From: Cirrosporium novae-zelandiae
Taxonomy: Eukaryota
Length of the DNA: 64,000 nt
Assembly (NCBI GenBank): GCA_026023565.1
Contig: JAPETS010000021.1
Coordinates: forward strand, 310,001 to 374,000
Direction: 5' to 3'
Positions within the stretch are counted from its first letter, which is position 1. Each line of letters starts with the position of its first letter. Of this stretch, positions 23,327 to 35,206 are shown in pieces. The notes below the pieces were generated by a model, which was given only the letters and a program-made list of their open reading frames with translations, was not told the DNA's origin and ran no database searches. The position numbers and the translations under genes were made by a program.

Positions 23327-26035
23327 TTACCTATCAAACTTACCATCTTCACAATACCCCGTTGTAGTTGTTTCCCTAATAGGAAATACCTTCGAACGAG
23401 TATGTTGAGTTTTCCTCAAAAGTTTTTGAGCCTGGCTTTGTGCTTCTGCTAAAACTTTCGATTTTCTGAGTCCTGATAATTTGCCTCCCAGTGCCTTTGT
23501 ATGAACATCGTGAATGAGAGTGGTCGTTTGGCGTACCAACGAAGCAACGGCATTGCTACCACGAGATACAACCTCGCTACTTAGGACATATCCTGTCTCA
23601 TGGAGGTACTGCTTGATCATTGGTGCATTGTGGGTAAGTCGTTGCGAAGCATTCCCAGTTAATCGCGAAATACCGCTAGATAGATCATACCCTCTCTTCA
23701 TGACAAGATCCCTTATAAAAGCCATCGGGTGGCAAGAAGCTTTTTTGAGTTCGCTAGTCTCTTTGCTTATCACTGATGCTTGATTTATTGCCCCTTTAAA
23801 TATACCATGAAAATGAATCACCATTTCATGATACACGATTTTCAGACCGGCTTCAGCAGTCTGAAGCCCCTCTTGTAGCCGTGATAAAACATCTTGATAT
23901 ATTGTTTGCCACCCGGCATACCACAACCACGGTTTTCCAGTGTCAATTTCCAAGGCATATTGAGTGGTTGGCTTGGATGTTGTCCAGACTGTAATAGTCA
24001 GGACTCCATGAGCATCATTTTTGAGAAGCCCCACAGCATAGATCCCATTAAACAACTCGGAATACTGTACATCGCTGAGTTGGATACCGTCTCGGGAAAC
24101 TGCAACCACAACTTTGGGTTTCCTTTTCAAAGACGTGAGTTGCTGGGGTAGTTGTAAGATTAGATAATTAGTGCCGACAATATGAACTTTAAGACTGTCC
24201 GACTTGTTGAGTTCCAACAGGGCTGGATCAAAGAGGAATCCATTAAGGTTACTTCCAGGGCTGAAGATAGCAGCACTGTTTGACACCAACGGCGACGTAA
24301 ATAGGATCGAGGTCGGAGAAACTGAAGCAACCGAAGGTGGTGGGGGGGAAGAGATAGGTGAACCATAAGTTGGAGACATTGGTCCAGCATATGTTTCAAA
24401 GTTATTGTTAACGCTTGGTAAGTGTAATTGTGATGATAGAAAGGGGTGGATTTCTGCAATAATGGTGATACAGAGAGCTATAGATATGAATAATAAGCTG
24501 ATGATGAATGCAGTTCTCGAGTTCCAGGAGGGCTTTTTCCAAAAAGTCATAGAAGACTTAGGGAGGGTATGCCTCACGGCATGCTCTTTACAACTTTTCG
24601 TACCAAGAATATTTCCGATACTTATTTTTTGATCTCTAGCAGACGAAGACGTTGTCGTTGAGGATCCTGCATGAAGGCCTGTGAGACAGGCCAAGTTTCT
24701 ATTCATTTGCCCTGCTGAAATATTTAGAAATGTATCCAGATCAATAGGTAATCTCTTAAGGACTCTATTGTCCAGGACGCTTGGGCCTCGAGATTCGATA
24801 CACATATGAACACTGCGATGATCTAAAGTCACAGGTTCTGTAGGTTTTGTCCATAAAGGTTCCGCAGATATCATTATGCATGGAACACCATGTCTACTCA
24901 TAAACGATCGTGCAATACGCCGAGTTTGGCGTGTTTTGCTGTCGTCTTGGTCAGAAGTGAAAAATATGGTGATGTTTGGTAAACTCCAGAATTCTGCAGT
25001 CGAAATTGAATAAATACCATCTTTCCATTCAGAAGATACTTCAAGATGGTCGTTGAGGGCAAGGGTGATTGTATCGTGGCGATTCTCTTTTTTCACTGGC
25101 GAGGCGAAAGTGCACTCGTCAACAATGAGATCGGGTCCAAACGAGTTGTATAGTTGGACCTCTCTGGTAGCTTGATCTCCAAAAGAGGAGATAGGAACGA
25201 CGTTGAAACGGGATGACTGGCCATTGCTAGAGATTGCGGCATAAGGACCTGAAGTACCTTTTACTGGGACAGCTAGAGCCGAGCCAATCTTATCAATGAT
25301 GACATTTTTATACGCCTGGTCTCCAACATATGTAAGACGGAAGGGTTCATTTAGAGCAAGGCCTCGTTCAGTCATTGTCTGACGAACGGTGGCAACTAGT
25401 TGGTAGACATCACACTTTGTAGGGACATGTCGTAAGATCTTTGCTGTCTCCTCTTCGTCAAAGGTATGTATTGTGTGCATGACGGCAACCTCTTCAGCCT
25501 TTGAATAGAAATCGGGTTCTTCAAATTCGATTGCTAGCGACTGGAGGCCTGTCCGTGAGATCAAACCACTACTCTCAGTATCATCGTCGTCATTGTCGTC
25601 ATAGTCATAATGTAGCTCAAAATCGCTTAAATCTTGTGTATTTTGATATTCTTCGTGGCTTCCAGATACTGCTATATCTGTAATCATGTTCCCATATTTT
25701 CCGTCTTCGGTATCTTCCAAGCTTGCAGTGTCTTCCAGTCCAGGGTGGTCGATAGAAACACCGGAGCCTTCTTCATCTTCTGATGTGAGAAAGCTAGAAT
25801 CTCCAATATTTTCCCATGTACCGTCATCAATGAAGCTTGAAGTATCATCGATAGTAGCGGGGGCAGCGGCTGCCATATCCATAATTTCGGCCTGTGAGAA
25901 CCAGTTCGCAATGCGATCGTCTAGTAAGATAGTTGGATAAAGTGAAGGGGGTGATGCAAACTCTTGGGAACTCTCCCGGTGCTGCTCGCCGTCAGGCTCA
26001 GTGTCCTCCATATGATATTTAAAGGGCCGGAGCAT
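23327..26035 (-). CDS. Uncharacterised 902-aa single-pass membrane protein
   Basis: Long intronless ORF with an acidic disordered N-terminus, a globular middle, one hydrophobic helix (TAFIISLLFISIALCITIIAEI, about aa 508-529) and a helical C-terminus. Confidence 0.82.
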   Translation of the reverse strand: MLRPFKYHMEDTEPDGEQHRESSQEFASPPSLYPTILLDDRIANWFSQAEIMDMAAAAPATIDDTSSFIDDGTWENIGDSSFLTSEDEEGSGVSIDHPGLEDTASLEDTEDGKYGNMITDIAVSGSHEEYQNTQDLSDFELHYDYDDNDDDDTESSGLISRTGLQSLAIEFEEPDFYSKAEEVAVMHTIHTFDEEETAKILRHVPTKCDVYQLVATVRQTMTERGLALNEPFRLTYVGDQAYKNVIIDKIGSALAVPVKGTSGPYAAISSNGQSSRFNVVPISSFGDQATREVQLYNSFGPDLIVDECTFASPVKKENRHDTITLALNDHLEVSSEWKDGIYSISTAEFWSLPNITIFFTSDQDDSKTRQTRRIARSFMSRHGVPCIMISAEPLWTKPTEPVTLDHRSVHMCIESRGPSVLDNRVLKRLPIDLDTFLNISAGQMNRNLACLTGLHAGSSTTTSSSARDQKISIGNILGTKSCKEHAVRHTLPKSSMTFWKKPSWNSRTAFIISLLFISIALCITIIAEIHPFLSSQLHLPSVNNNFETYAGPMSPTYGSPISSPPPPSVASVSPTSILFTSPLVSNSAAIFSPGSNLNGFLFDPALLELNKSDSLKVHIVGTNYLILQLPQQLTSLKRKPKVVVAVSRDGIQLSDVQYSELFNGIYAVGLLKNDAHGVLTITVWTTSKPTTQYALEIDTGKPWLWYAGWQTIYQDVLSRLQEGLQTAEAGLKIVYHEMVIHFHGIFKGAINQASVISKETSELKKASCHPMAFIRDLVMKRGYDLSSGISRLTGNASQRLTHNAPMIKQYLHETGYVLSSEVVSRGSNAVASLVRQTTTLIHDVHTKALGGKLSGLRKSKVLAEAQSQAQKLLRKTQHTRSKVFPIRETTTTGYCEDGKFDR

Positions 26036-27302
26036 GTAGGACAGTTGTAGAATTTCAGGAATGAGAAGAGGAAAGATAGAGCAGACGATAGGGGAAGAAG
26101 TGAGATGTCAAGCATACCTCGGAGCTGGATAAGGTGCGTATAGAGCTACGGCCAAATTTTGCTTGAGGCAACGGTCGACCGGTAGTACCTTATGACTCTT
26201 AAATAATCACAGGGTCTAAAGGCATGAGAAGAAAGTTGATTGTTGGCACAATCAGAAGATACAAATCGGGGGCATACAGATCAAGGTAAAGTTTCTTCTG
26301 ATTTAATTAGGGAAGATGGTATTTTAGAAGAAAGACAGGAAGAGTGGAATAGAAGGAGAGAGATAGAGTATCGAGGCTCAGATTAGTTGGATGGGGAAAG
26401 GAGGGGTTGAGTTATTAGTTGTATTCCACAAAGTATCCGTGAAGTAATCAGGTTGCCGCCTAAAATCAACCCCGCGATTAAAATAAACTACACATCCTTT
26501 TCAATTCCTTGGACAACTTAGACTAAATATTATTTTATACTTTCCGTTTTGTCTTTAGCTTTTTCCTATTTCACATAAAGGAACCCTTGCCTTATCTAGT
26601 AGAGATTAGAAATATTAAACCATCCAAGCAGAGTCCTAGACCATATCTATCAAGTATGATACGGATTTGTGTGCAGCAAATCGTTGCTTAAGACGTCATG
26701 TATATGTACTTATTCAATAAAAAGTGGAAAGAATAAAAAAACACAGAATCATCTTTCATATATATATCTATACTTCCGACACCGATCATCACTATACACC
26801 ATGTGTAGTTGTAATAAAAGTCCTGCATTCCGGCTCTCAAGGTCTTTACATCTGTTGCGACAAAATTAATTATTCCAAGCGAGTTCAGAAATCGATGTTT
26901 GATATCTGTCGTCTGGTCAAATGCCTCAGGATCACAACATCAACATCGACATAGATTGTCTCGGAACTAGCATGTTCCTAGACAAGAGGCTCGAGTTGGA
27001 TTGAGTCACGCATCGTCTACCACTCTTTACAACACCCAGAATATTTGTTGACCTCTTCTTCAAAGACGCCGCATACCCAGACACGGTTGGCCGATGACCG
27101 GCAATCACCATACCAGCGCAAGGAATCCACTCATGAACGCCTGAAATCGGAAACGCCACCATGCAACCTCAAGGAGGTATATGCCCTCAAACAGCGGATA
27201 TTGTAACTCAAGAAATAGGCTCAAACATGGAAAATGTTTCCTTGACGGAATGAGGATGTAATGGACGAAGGTAGGGAGGGATTAGGGAATCGAGATAGAA
27301 AT

Positions 27303-29046
27303 TTAAGGTGATGCCCAACCTCCAGCTACATCAACCCATTCGGCGAGGCAACTTCCTTGCTTGCCTTCAACATCAACAATGTCAGTATCGCATTTGCACC
27401 TGCAGCCAACACCATTTTCCTTCTCTAGGTCCCAGGTCTCCCAATATTCATCCTCCTCTTTCCTCTCCTTTTCATTTGTCGTGGTCTTCTCAAGGTAAGG
27501 CATACGAGGTAATTGTCTCGCAGGGGCATTGGCCGGACAATGCTGGATGGTGGTGTGTCTGTATCCAAAATCCCGGAAATAATGGATATCCTTAGGTGAT
27601 AGAAGAGCTCCGGCTGCGAGTGAGTGAATAGGTGCATCTCCCCACTAAAAAGGAACAAAAAATTAGTACATGCTACATATCCCGAGCTACAAGGTGAGGA
27701 GACGAACGCGTTCCATCCAGAAACCTCCGCTTCTGTCCATCATTTCGAAGAAATCATTATATTCTTTGCTCCTGAACCAATCAAGGCGGGCAATCTCGAA
27801 ATTACTCCAGAAATGACACATATTGTATTTTTCCCCTTCCATGGCTTCAGGATCGACATCGGGAAGCCCAGTATTGCCAGGTTCGGTGCGCAGTATCTCA
27901 TCTGGCAGTGGCGGCTGGACTTTCTGGTCGTCGACGGAGAGAGCCTTTTCATCTTCAGGAGGTGGCTCAAGAAACATTTCCCATAGACCTTTTGAGGTAA
28001 GATTACTTTTGCGCTTATAGGCTGATGCATATCTGAAGATATTTGGAACTGTCTCTCGTAATTCTTTGACGGCTATCGTAAACCCGTATGTCTTGTTTGC
28101 ACGCTCCATGTGCACGAAGGGATCGCTGACTTAATTAGCCTTGAGAGGTCAAAGAGAGACGGGATTGGAATAACACCCACTAAGTGATGTCACAAAAATA
28201 TTTGATCTCCGGTTCGAGTCTCCAATACCATTTATACTTTTGCAATAGTTCATGCTTGTAAAAAAATCTACAAGATAATCAGCATATAAGCCTAGGGAGA
28301 AGAAGCAATACATACCCCGAATAAAACCTGCACATATGATGGTAGCTTTCCATGCCACCATACATAATAGCTTGATCTCCCTGTTTCCGTATTCCTTCTC
28401 TAGCTACCTCTTCATCAACCCAATCGGGATATCCCCACATACTAGGGTCTATTTTGCCAAACTCGACAGACCCACTAGTATAATTTGCAATCGTTTCCTT
28501 GAAAGTTGAATTAAATTCCGCATCATTTAGGAAAACGTATGGATAGTGAAACCATCGGTTGAAATGCCGTTCGATTGATTTGACGGATTGTATAACTCCA
28601 TCCAGTTCTTTATTTCGAGCCAATACGACAAAAGCAGCATTTGCTCGAGGAAGCTCTGTTTGAGGTTCAAGACACCCAGTCACAAAGACTTTGTCATATT
28701 GAGTGCTTATTTGCCTATTCAGGTATTAGCAGTCTAAGAGGCGCAACTAGGTCTGGACATATAAACCGTACCGTATAGACGGGGGAGCTCCTGCAGGCAC
28801 TAGAAGCCTACCAGGCGACGATGGATGGCGGACAACCAAGAACAGTATCAAAATGATCACAATACATGGAAACAGAAGTACCACTCCAAGCGGTATGGAA
28901 ATGGAAGAGTTTCCCTTTAATCGTATGCGCCGCCTAAAGAAAGCTAATCTAGGTATTATTCGAACTTTCTCGGATGGAAGCTCGTCAAGTGAAGATATCT
29001 TGGGCGATGAGGGGATTCGCTTGGAAAGGTATTGAAGGAGTCCCAT
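27303..29046 (-). CDS. Glycosyltransferase family 15 alpha-1,2-mannosyltransferase (Kre2/Ktr family), multi-exon
   Basis: N-terminal TM helix; NAAFVVLARN, YPYVFLND, YGGMESYHHMCRFYSG, YNMCHFWSNFEIA, GGFWMER|WGDAPIHSLA. Confidence 0.93.
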
Positions 29047-30054
29047 CAGGACGGAGGTCAAGCGGAAGCCTCGTGAAGGAAAGGGAGACTGGTGGCGATT
29101 AAGAGCTGGACTAGAAGGGATGTAATATGCTCAGAGACATCGACAAAGACCGCACTATGTGTGTAGGATCTCGCAATGGACGCTTCAGGGTGAATGACAC
29201 TAAGAATCTAGTTACACCGTTGGTTCGTTGAGGGCGGAAAGCGAGTGACTTGAAAAGGTCCTTTTTTTGACCACCTCATACAAGACAGGGCAGAGAAAGC
29301 TGTGAAGATGGTGGAGCTGGCAATGGTGGATTTGAAAGGACGACGGTGCCAAGCAGCACAAGAGTCTATCCTTGAGGATAGAAGAAATTGTTGAGTTATG
29401 GGAGCTTCAGGTTGATGGTGAAGTGAAGGTTCTGATTGATAGGAGAGGCTGGCATGCGGCCAAGGGCTTTGTCAGGGATCAACAGCCGAGACGCAGCGGA
29501 GAGGCGAGAAAGCCAGATACAAACACCTTTACTGGCCAACGCGCCTCCTTTTCTGTTCTACCGATAAAGTAGTAATAATCGTATTGCACGTAATTATTGT
29601 ATCCTCCGCCTAATTATCACTAAGCCCACACAGTATGCTTCCTGTAATAAGCCTAAATTTGCGTATTTACTATGTACTTGACATCTTTAACTATGTTAGT
29701 ATGTTGCTGTATTTAGTTCACACTGATAAATTGCAGTAGGTCGTACTAAAAATGTTGACCCAAGGTAAATAATGCTTCTGGAGAAATTCTTTGCATGAAT
29801 AGTATTTCAAATTCCAAATAGATGTAACAACTCTAATTACAAGTTTTTCTTTCCCTAAAGATAGCTTGGATGCGAATTATTCAAAGCTCGGACCTCAAGT
29901 GGTGTTGAGGTACATACAAAAATACGATCGACGTACAAAACAAAGTACCCAACCGAGGAAAACGTTTAGCTAGGAGTCGGTTTATAACGACCCATTAACA
30001 TTCAAACAAATCTCTCCCACTCTCAACTTTCTGATAAAAACGCTGGCCCTGAAG

Positions 30055-31725
30055 ATGTTATGTGCAAGTATGTCTCTAGAACACATATTAAATTATAAAA
30101 TTTAATTCGAATGCTCATCCTTTCGCAGTTTCTGGCGAAGCTCCTCAAAATCCAGTCGCATCTAGCAAGAGTGGTATGAATCTACTTCGCCTATATAGAT
30201 TCGAATCAGGTTACTGACAGCTATGGTAGGGAATGTCTTTGAAAAGAGGCTGGTTGAAGCATACATCACTGAACATGGAACCGATCCGGTTACTGGTGAA
30301 GACCTCTCAATTGACGATCTGATCGATCTTAAACCGTCACGCATTATTCACCCACGGCCTCCAACCCTTACGTCCATTCCTTCTCTTCTCAGAACCTTCC
30401 AGGATGAGTGGGATTCCCTTGCGCTTGAAACCTATGACTTGAAGCGCCAGCTTGCACAGACCCGGCAAGAACTTAGCACAGCTTTGTACCTCCATGATGC
30501 TGCAGTTCGAGTCATAGCCCGCTTAACAAAAGAGAGAGACGAGGCCCGAGGCGCATTATCCAACATTAATATTGCTTCTACCGATACCCACGTGCCTAGA
30601 AATGGTGATGCAATGCAAATCGATGGCCACGGGCTTCCCGAAGAAGTTATTACCAAAATTAATAAAACTCAAGAAAAGTGTGTCCTTACGAGGCTGGTGA
30701 TTATCCTGGTCTGAGAAACGAATGCTAATTTATCACGTAGGCTTTCGAAGGGTAGGAGAAAGCGGCCTGTACCAGAAGGTTGGGCAACTACGAACTTAAT
30801 ACAGACGTATGACCTCGTGGAGAAAATTGAATCTGTATGCCCGGGCTGTAAATCGCTTTGCTTCGATGAATCAAGCAATTTAATTCTCATGGGTGGATCC
30901 GCTGGCATGGTTGAGGTCTTCTCCTTATCTCAAAGAGAAGTCATACAAAAGCTCAAAGTGGAGGGCGATAGCGTCAACGATGCCATCTGGGTTGGTAAAA
31001 AAGTCATAATTGGCACATCTGCGGGTACGGTGAAAATATTCGAAGATGGTAATCCGATCGCCGAATTTCATTCACACGCTGGCCCAACTATGGCCCTTGC
31101 ACAACATCCCTGCAGGGACATCATTGCATCCGCAGGCATTGATAAAAGCTACGTTCTGTATGATATTGTGTCCTCAAAAGCCTTGACGCAGGTCTATACA
31201 TCATCCGGTGAGTCCACCATTACTTTATATACAGATCCTTTGGGCTAACTTATAGCAGAACTCACTACAATGAAATTTCATCCAGATGGTCATCTCCTCG
31301 CACTAGGGGGGGTAGATGGACAGATCAAGATATTCGACGTCGGTTCTGGTACAAATGCAGCTAATTTTCAAATGGCTGGGCATATCCAAACACTATCCTT
31401 CTCCGAAAATGGTACATGGCTTGCAGCGGCAGTCAAAGGTGAATCAAATGTTTCCATATGGGACCTTCGCAAGGCAGAAAAAACGAAAATTCTCGATATT
31501 GGGAACGGCGTTGAACAGATTGAGTGGGATTATTCGGGGCAGTTTCTAGCAGTTGCGGGACCCAGTGGCTTGGTAGTAAAATGGTACTCAAAAGTCTCGA
31601 AGGAATGGTTGGAACCTTTGCGAACTGGTGTTCCCTCTGTTGCATTGAAATGGGGGTTGAAGGCAAGAAGTCTAGTTTCGATGGATAACAATGGAAGCTT
31701 GAGTATACTAGCGTCAAAGGAATAA
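30055..31725 (+). CDS. PRP19: Pre-mRNA splicing factor Prp19 (U-box, coiled coil, WD40)
   Basis: MLCAISGEAPQNPVASSKSGNVFEKRLVEAYI, TSIPSLL...QDEWDSLALE, RQELSTALY..DAAVRVIARL, FHPDGHL WD40 repeats. Confidence 0.95.
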
Positions 31726-32035
31726 TTAGGTAGCGATGAATACAATGGAAAATGTTGTTTGGGTTCAACCTGTAAGGCGTGCATAAAAAAGCTGCTTTTC
31801 TTGAGCTGGAGGATAGAGTATCAATAGAAGTTTTCATCTTATTTTCTCACCAAAAACTCCGCACCACCTGTGCCTTTGTATTCTGCAGGGGTTGTTAAGA
31901 TTATAGCGGTCGTCCCTGTCCCAAGCCGAACTGGCAACCACCACACAAAAACTTTACGACTTGACACTGAACACTGAAAACCGATTTCACCAACTTCTTT
32001 CTGTGCCCATCTCTTGTATGTGAGCAAAGAAAATT

Positions 32036-33301
32036 ATGATGACTAGTTCCGTTGCTGTGGACTGTCCAAGGCACGGCAATAAGGTACACGATAAAACGAG
32101 ATGAGCCTCCATGCTATGTTCAACTAGTTTAACATGTCTATTCTTTATACTGACTTAAATGCTTTTTTTTTGTAGAGAAGTCATGATGAGATGATACAAT
32201 CTCATCGTCAAAGTCAATCTCCATGCGTCTCTAGTTCCTCAGAACACTCTACAAACCCCACCATAACAGATTCATCGTCAAGACCTCGCACATCCGACTT
32301 ACCTCCACTTTCAACCATAAGATTTCCCGGTGACAGCTTCAACTATAGAAGACCCGCTATATCTCGCCACCCCACCTATGATTTCATTGATCTAACCGAT
32401 GAACCCGATTCCCCTCCTCCCCATCGTTCTCGACAACTTCCCCCGCTCCGACCTAATGGGCCGCCCCCGTCTGATTCCATTGATGTGATTGACATTACCG
32501 ACAACGATGATAATGGAAATTCAAGCCGTACACGTTCAAGACGTCGAGCATCCACCCCGGAGGTGGAATTCATATCAGCCAATTCGCGTGAACCACAAGT
32601 AACTGGACCACATGGCAGTTCCGAGTTTCGTCACTTCGACCTCCTCAGCCTACATCGCTTTTCAGCTTTCTCGGCCCAATCTAATAGACAACGGCCTTAT
32701 TTCCGGGAAGTTACAGATGCAGGAATGCAAAGTCTCATTCGAACTTTTATAAGAGGAGATCATACTGTCAACCCAAGAAATGAACATGGATTTCGACCAG
32801 CAAATGTTATCACAGCTCTTAGAAATATCCAACCGACTCTTGGTTTAGACCTTGCATTGGCGGAAAATACTCCCCAAGTCGCAACGGCTCTTCCTGGGGA
32901 TCTGGATGTGAGTGCTACAGCCTTCAGTCTAGGAGCTTCTTCGCCACCTCCGAAAATTGATCCTCCACCTTCAGCAAAGCCAGGGTTCACCAGAACTCCG
33001 AAAGAAACGGATGTGCTCATCTGTCCGAATTGCAGTAGCGAGTTAGGCGTCGGTGAGACCGAGCTCAAACGACAGGTTTGGGTCACGAAAAAATGCGGAC
33101 ATGTAAGCCAGACAAAGTTAATGTACTTCCCTTATTGACAGTAAGTTTTAGGTCTACTGTGGCGAGTGTGCTACGAATCGCGCCAAGTGCAAGCAAAAAG
33201 CAGTCGCCAACCCCAAAACAAAAGCGTTTAATAAATGTCAAGCTACGGGGTGTATGCAATCACTCCAGCATCGTTCTGCGATGTTTCAAATCTACCTTTA
33301 A
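32036..33301 (+). CDS. SIM-containing RING finger protein (Slx8/Rfp-like SUMO-targeted ubiquitin ligase candidate); start uncertain (32036 or 32191)
   Basis: SIM-like FIDLTDE, IDVIDITD, EVEFIS; C-terminal CPNC...CGH|VYCGEC...CQATGC RING-type Cys pattern split by an intron. Confidence 0.7.
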
Positions 33302-33780
33302 GAGTTTGATCGGATAGGAAGTTCAGGGTTGGACGAACGCATTACAATGCATGGGACGGGCGTTGGTATTGATGTGTTATAGCATTTCGGGGAACGAATT
33401 CATGACATGTGCTGTTTGACCTTATTCGTTATGAAATTATATCCAAATTGGGGATCGTTCTTGCCTATAGATATGTACACCATGCGCTGTGTACCTGGTC
33501 CCTATTTCGGATACTATATATAGTAGTTGATGTTCATGTAAAATCAGGCAATTATTAGGCTTGTGGATAGTTCAGTAAAGAAGGTTTTCTGCGTACTTAT
33601 AAAATGGATACCGAGATAGTTCTCGTAGCTCAGGATCCCTGTGCACCAGATAAGCGCCATTTTACACAGTAAACTTAACGAAATTGTCTACGCATTACTT
33701 TCATATCTGTCGCAATATCTATCAGGCTTCACTTTTTCCTCACTATAGGCACCTCCTCAAACCCCATCAGCACTCGTATC

Positions 33781-34643
33781 ATGTCTCGTTCGCTGTCTTC
33801 TCCCTCTTTGCGTACCCGCTATCTTATTCTATACAATGCCGTCTCCGCAGTTTTATGGCTCTCGGTCCTTGGTCGTGTTACCCTCCTCATACCTCTCGTT
33901 GGACCATCCAATATTTATGGCGGGGTAGGCCAATTTGCTAAATGGACACAAACCCTGGCCATGGCCGAATTATTACACTCGTTATTTGGTATGATAGGAC
34001 TGTTCCTTGTTGTTCTCCCGGTGTAGAATATGACTGACCTGCTCTGCTTGAGTAGGACTTGTTCATGCTCCTTTCTTGACAACATTGATGCAAATCTCTA
34101 GCCGCATCCTCCTTGTCTGGGGAATTGTTTTCCCCTTTCCAACCCGCATAACATCCTCCCCTTTCTATGCATCCATGCTTTTCGCCTGGAGTCTAACGGA
34201 GGTTGTGCGTTATGGATACTTCGCTATCAATTTGGCTTGGGGAGGAGTTCCTGGGTTTTTGGTGTGGCTAAGGTAGGCTGTGTTGAGAGCATCTTGAATT
34301 TGCTATGAAAATCTGGCTGATCCATGTGAGCGGAGCAAAAATTAGATATAACACATTCTTCCTTCTTTACCCACTTGGGATTACCTCCGAAGTTCGTCTT
34401 ATACTTCTCTGTCTTCCGGAAGCCTACTCTTCTAGCCCGTCGTATTATTACCTTTTGATAACCGTTCTCTGCGTCTATGTTCCTGGTATGTATCCCTTTT
34501 TATTATTTTTTATCTTATGAACGGGTTTAGTAACAGTGCAAAAAGGCAGCTATATTCTCTACACACATATGATGCGGCAACGAAGAAAAGTCATAAAAGG
34601 GAAATCTACGGCGCGCAGGCCAGATACTCACCCTGCTGCTTAA
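33781..34643 (+). CDS. PHS1: Very-long-chain 3-hydroxyacyl-CoA dehydratase (PTPLA family), 4 exons
   Basis: YLILYNAVS, TTLMQISSR, AWSLTEVVRY, WLR|YNTFFLLYPLGITSE, YTHMMRQRRK. Confidence 0.93.
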
Positions 34644-35206
34644 AATTGTTACTCGCATGTGGCTGGGCATAGAGCTGAATAGAACTGTAGAACACCCAAC
34701 AACACAAGCTCACTTCGGGGAAATGGCACTCGCTTGACGAGTATCGGCCGGGTGTAGGAAGTCCTACAGCTCCCGTTAAGAAGTTCTGCATGTTAGACTG
34801 TAAAAGCGAACCAGCAGATAAGCCTTAAATCTGTAAAATAGTAGCTATTTCAGAACTTAGCTCTAGTTCGGCATTAGCTACTGATGGCTCAACATAGCAG
34901 TAAAGACATATGGTTCAATTCGATGGATGGTACTATTTATTGAGTTTTTTTCACAAAGCTCAGGATATTAGCACTAGATGCCTTGGTATAGAAGAGACAA
35001 CAATATCTTGGTATTGGTACGTAGACCTTGAACCTCCATATTTAATAAACCTAGTGGATACCATAGAAGCAATTACTTCAAAACAGGGCTCTCTTCACCA
35101 ACATAAAACCCAGTAGATGCGCCAACACTTGTCATCAAAAAAGCAGCCAAAGCCACTGGTGAATATATATTCAGAGCGACGGTCTAGGATCCTTTTAGGA
35201 TGAGAA

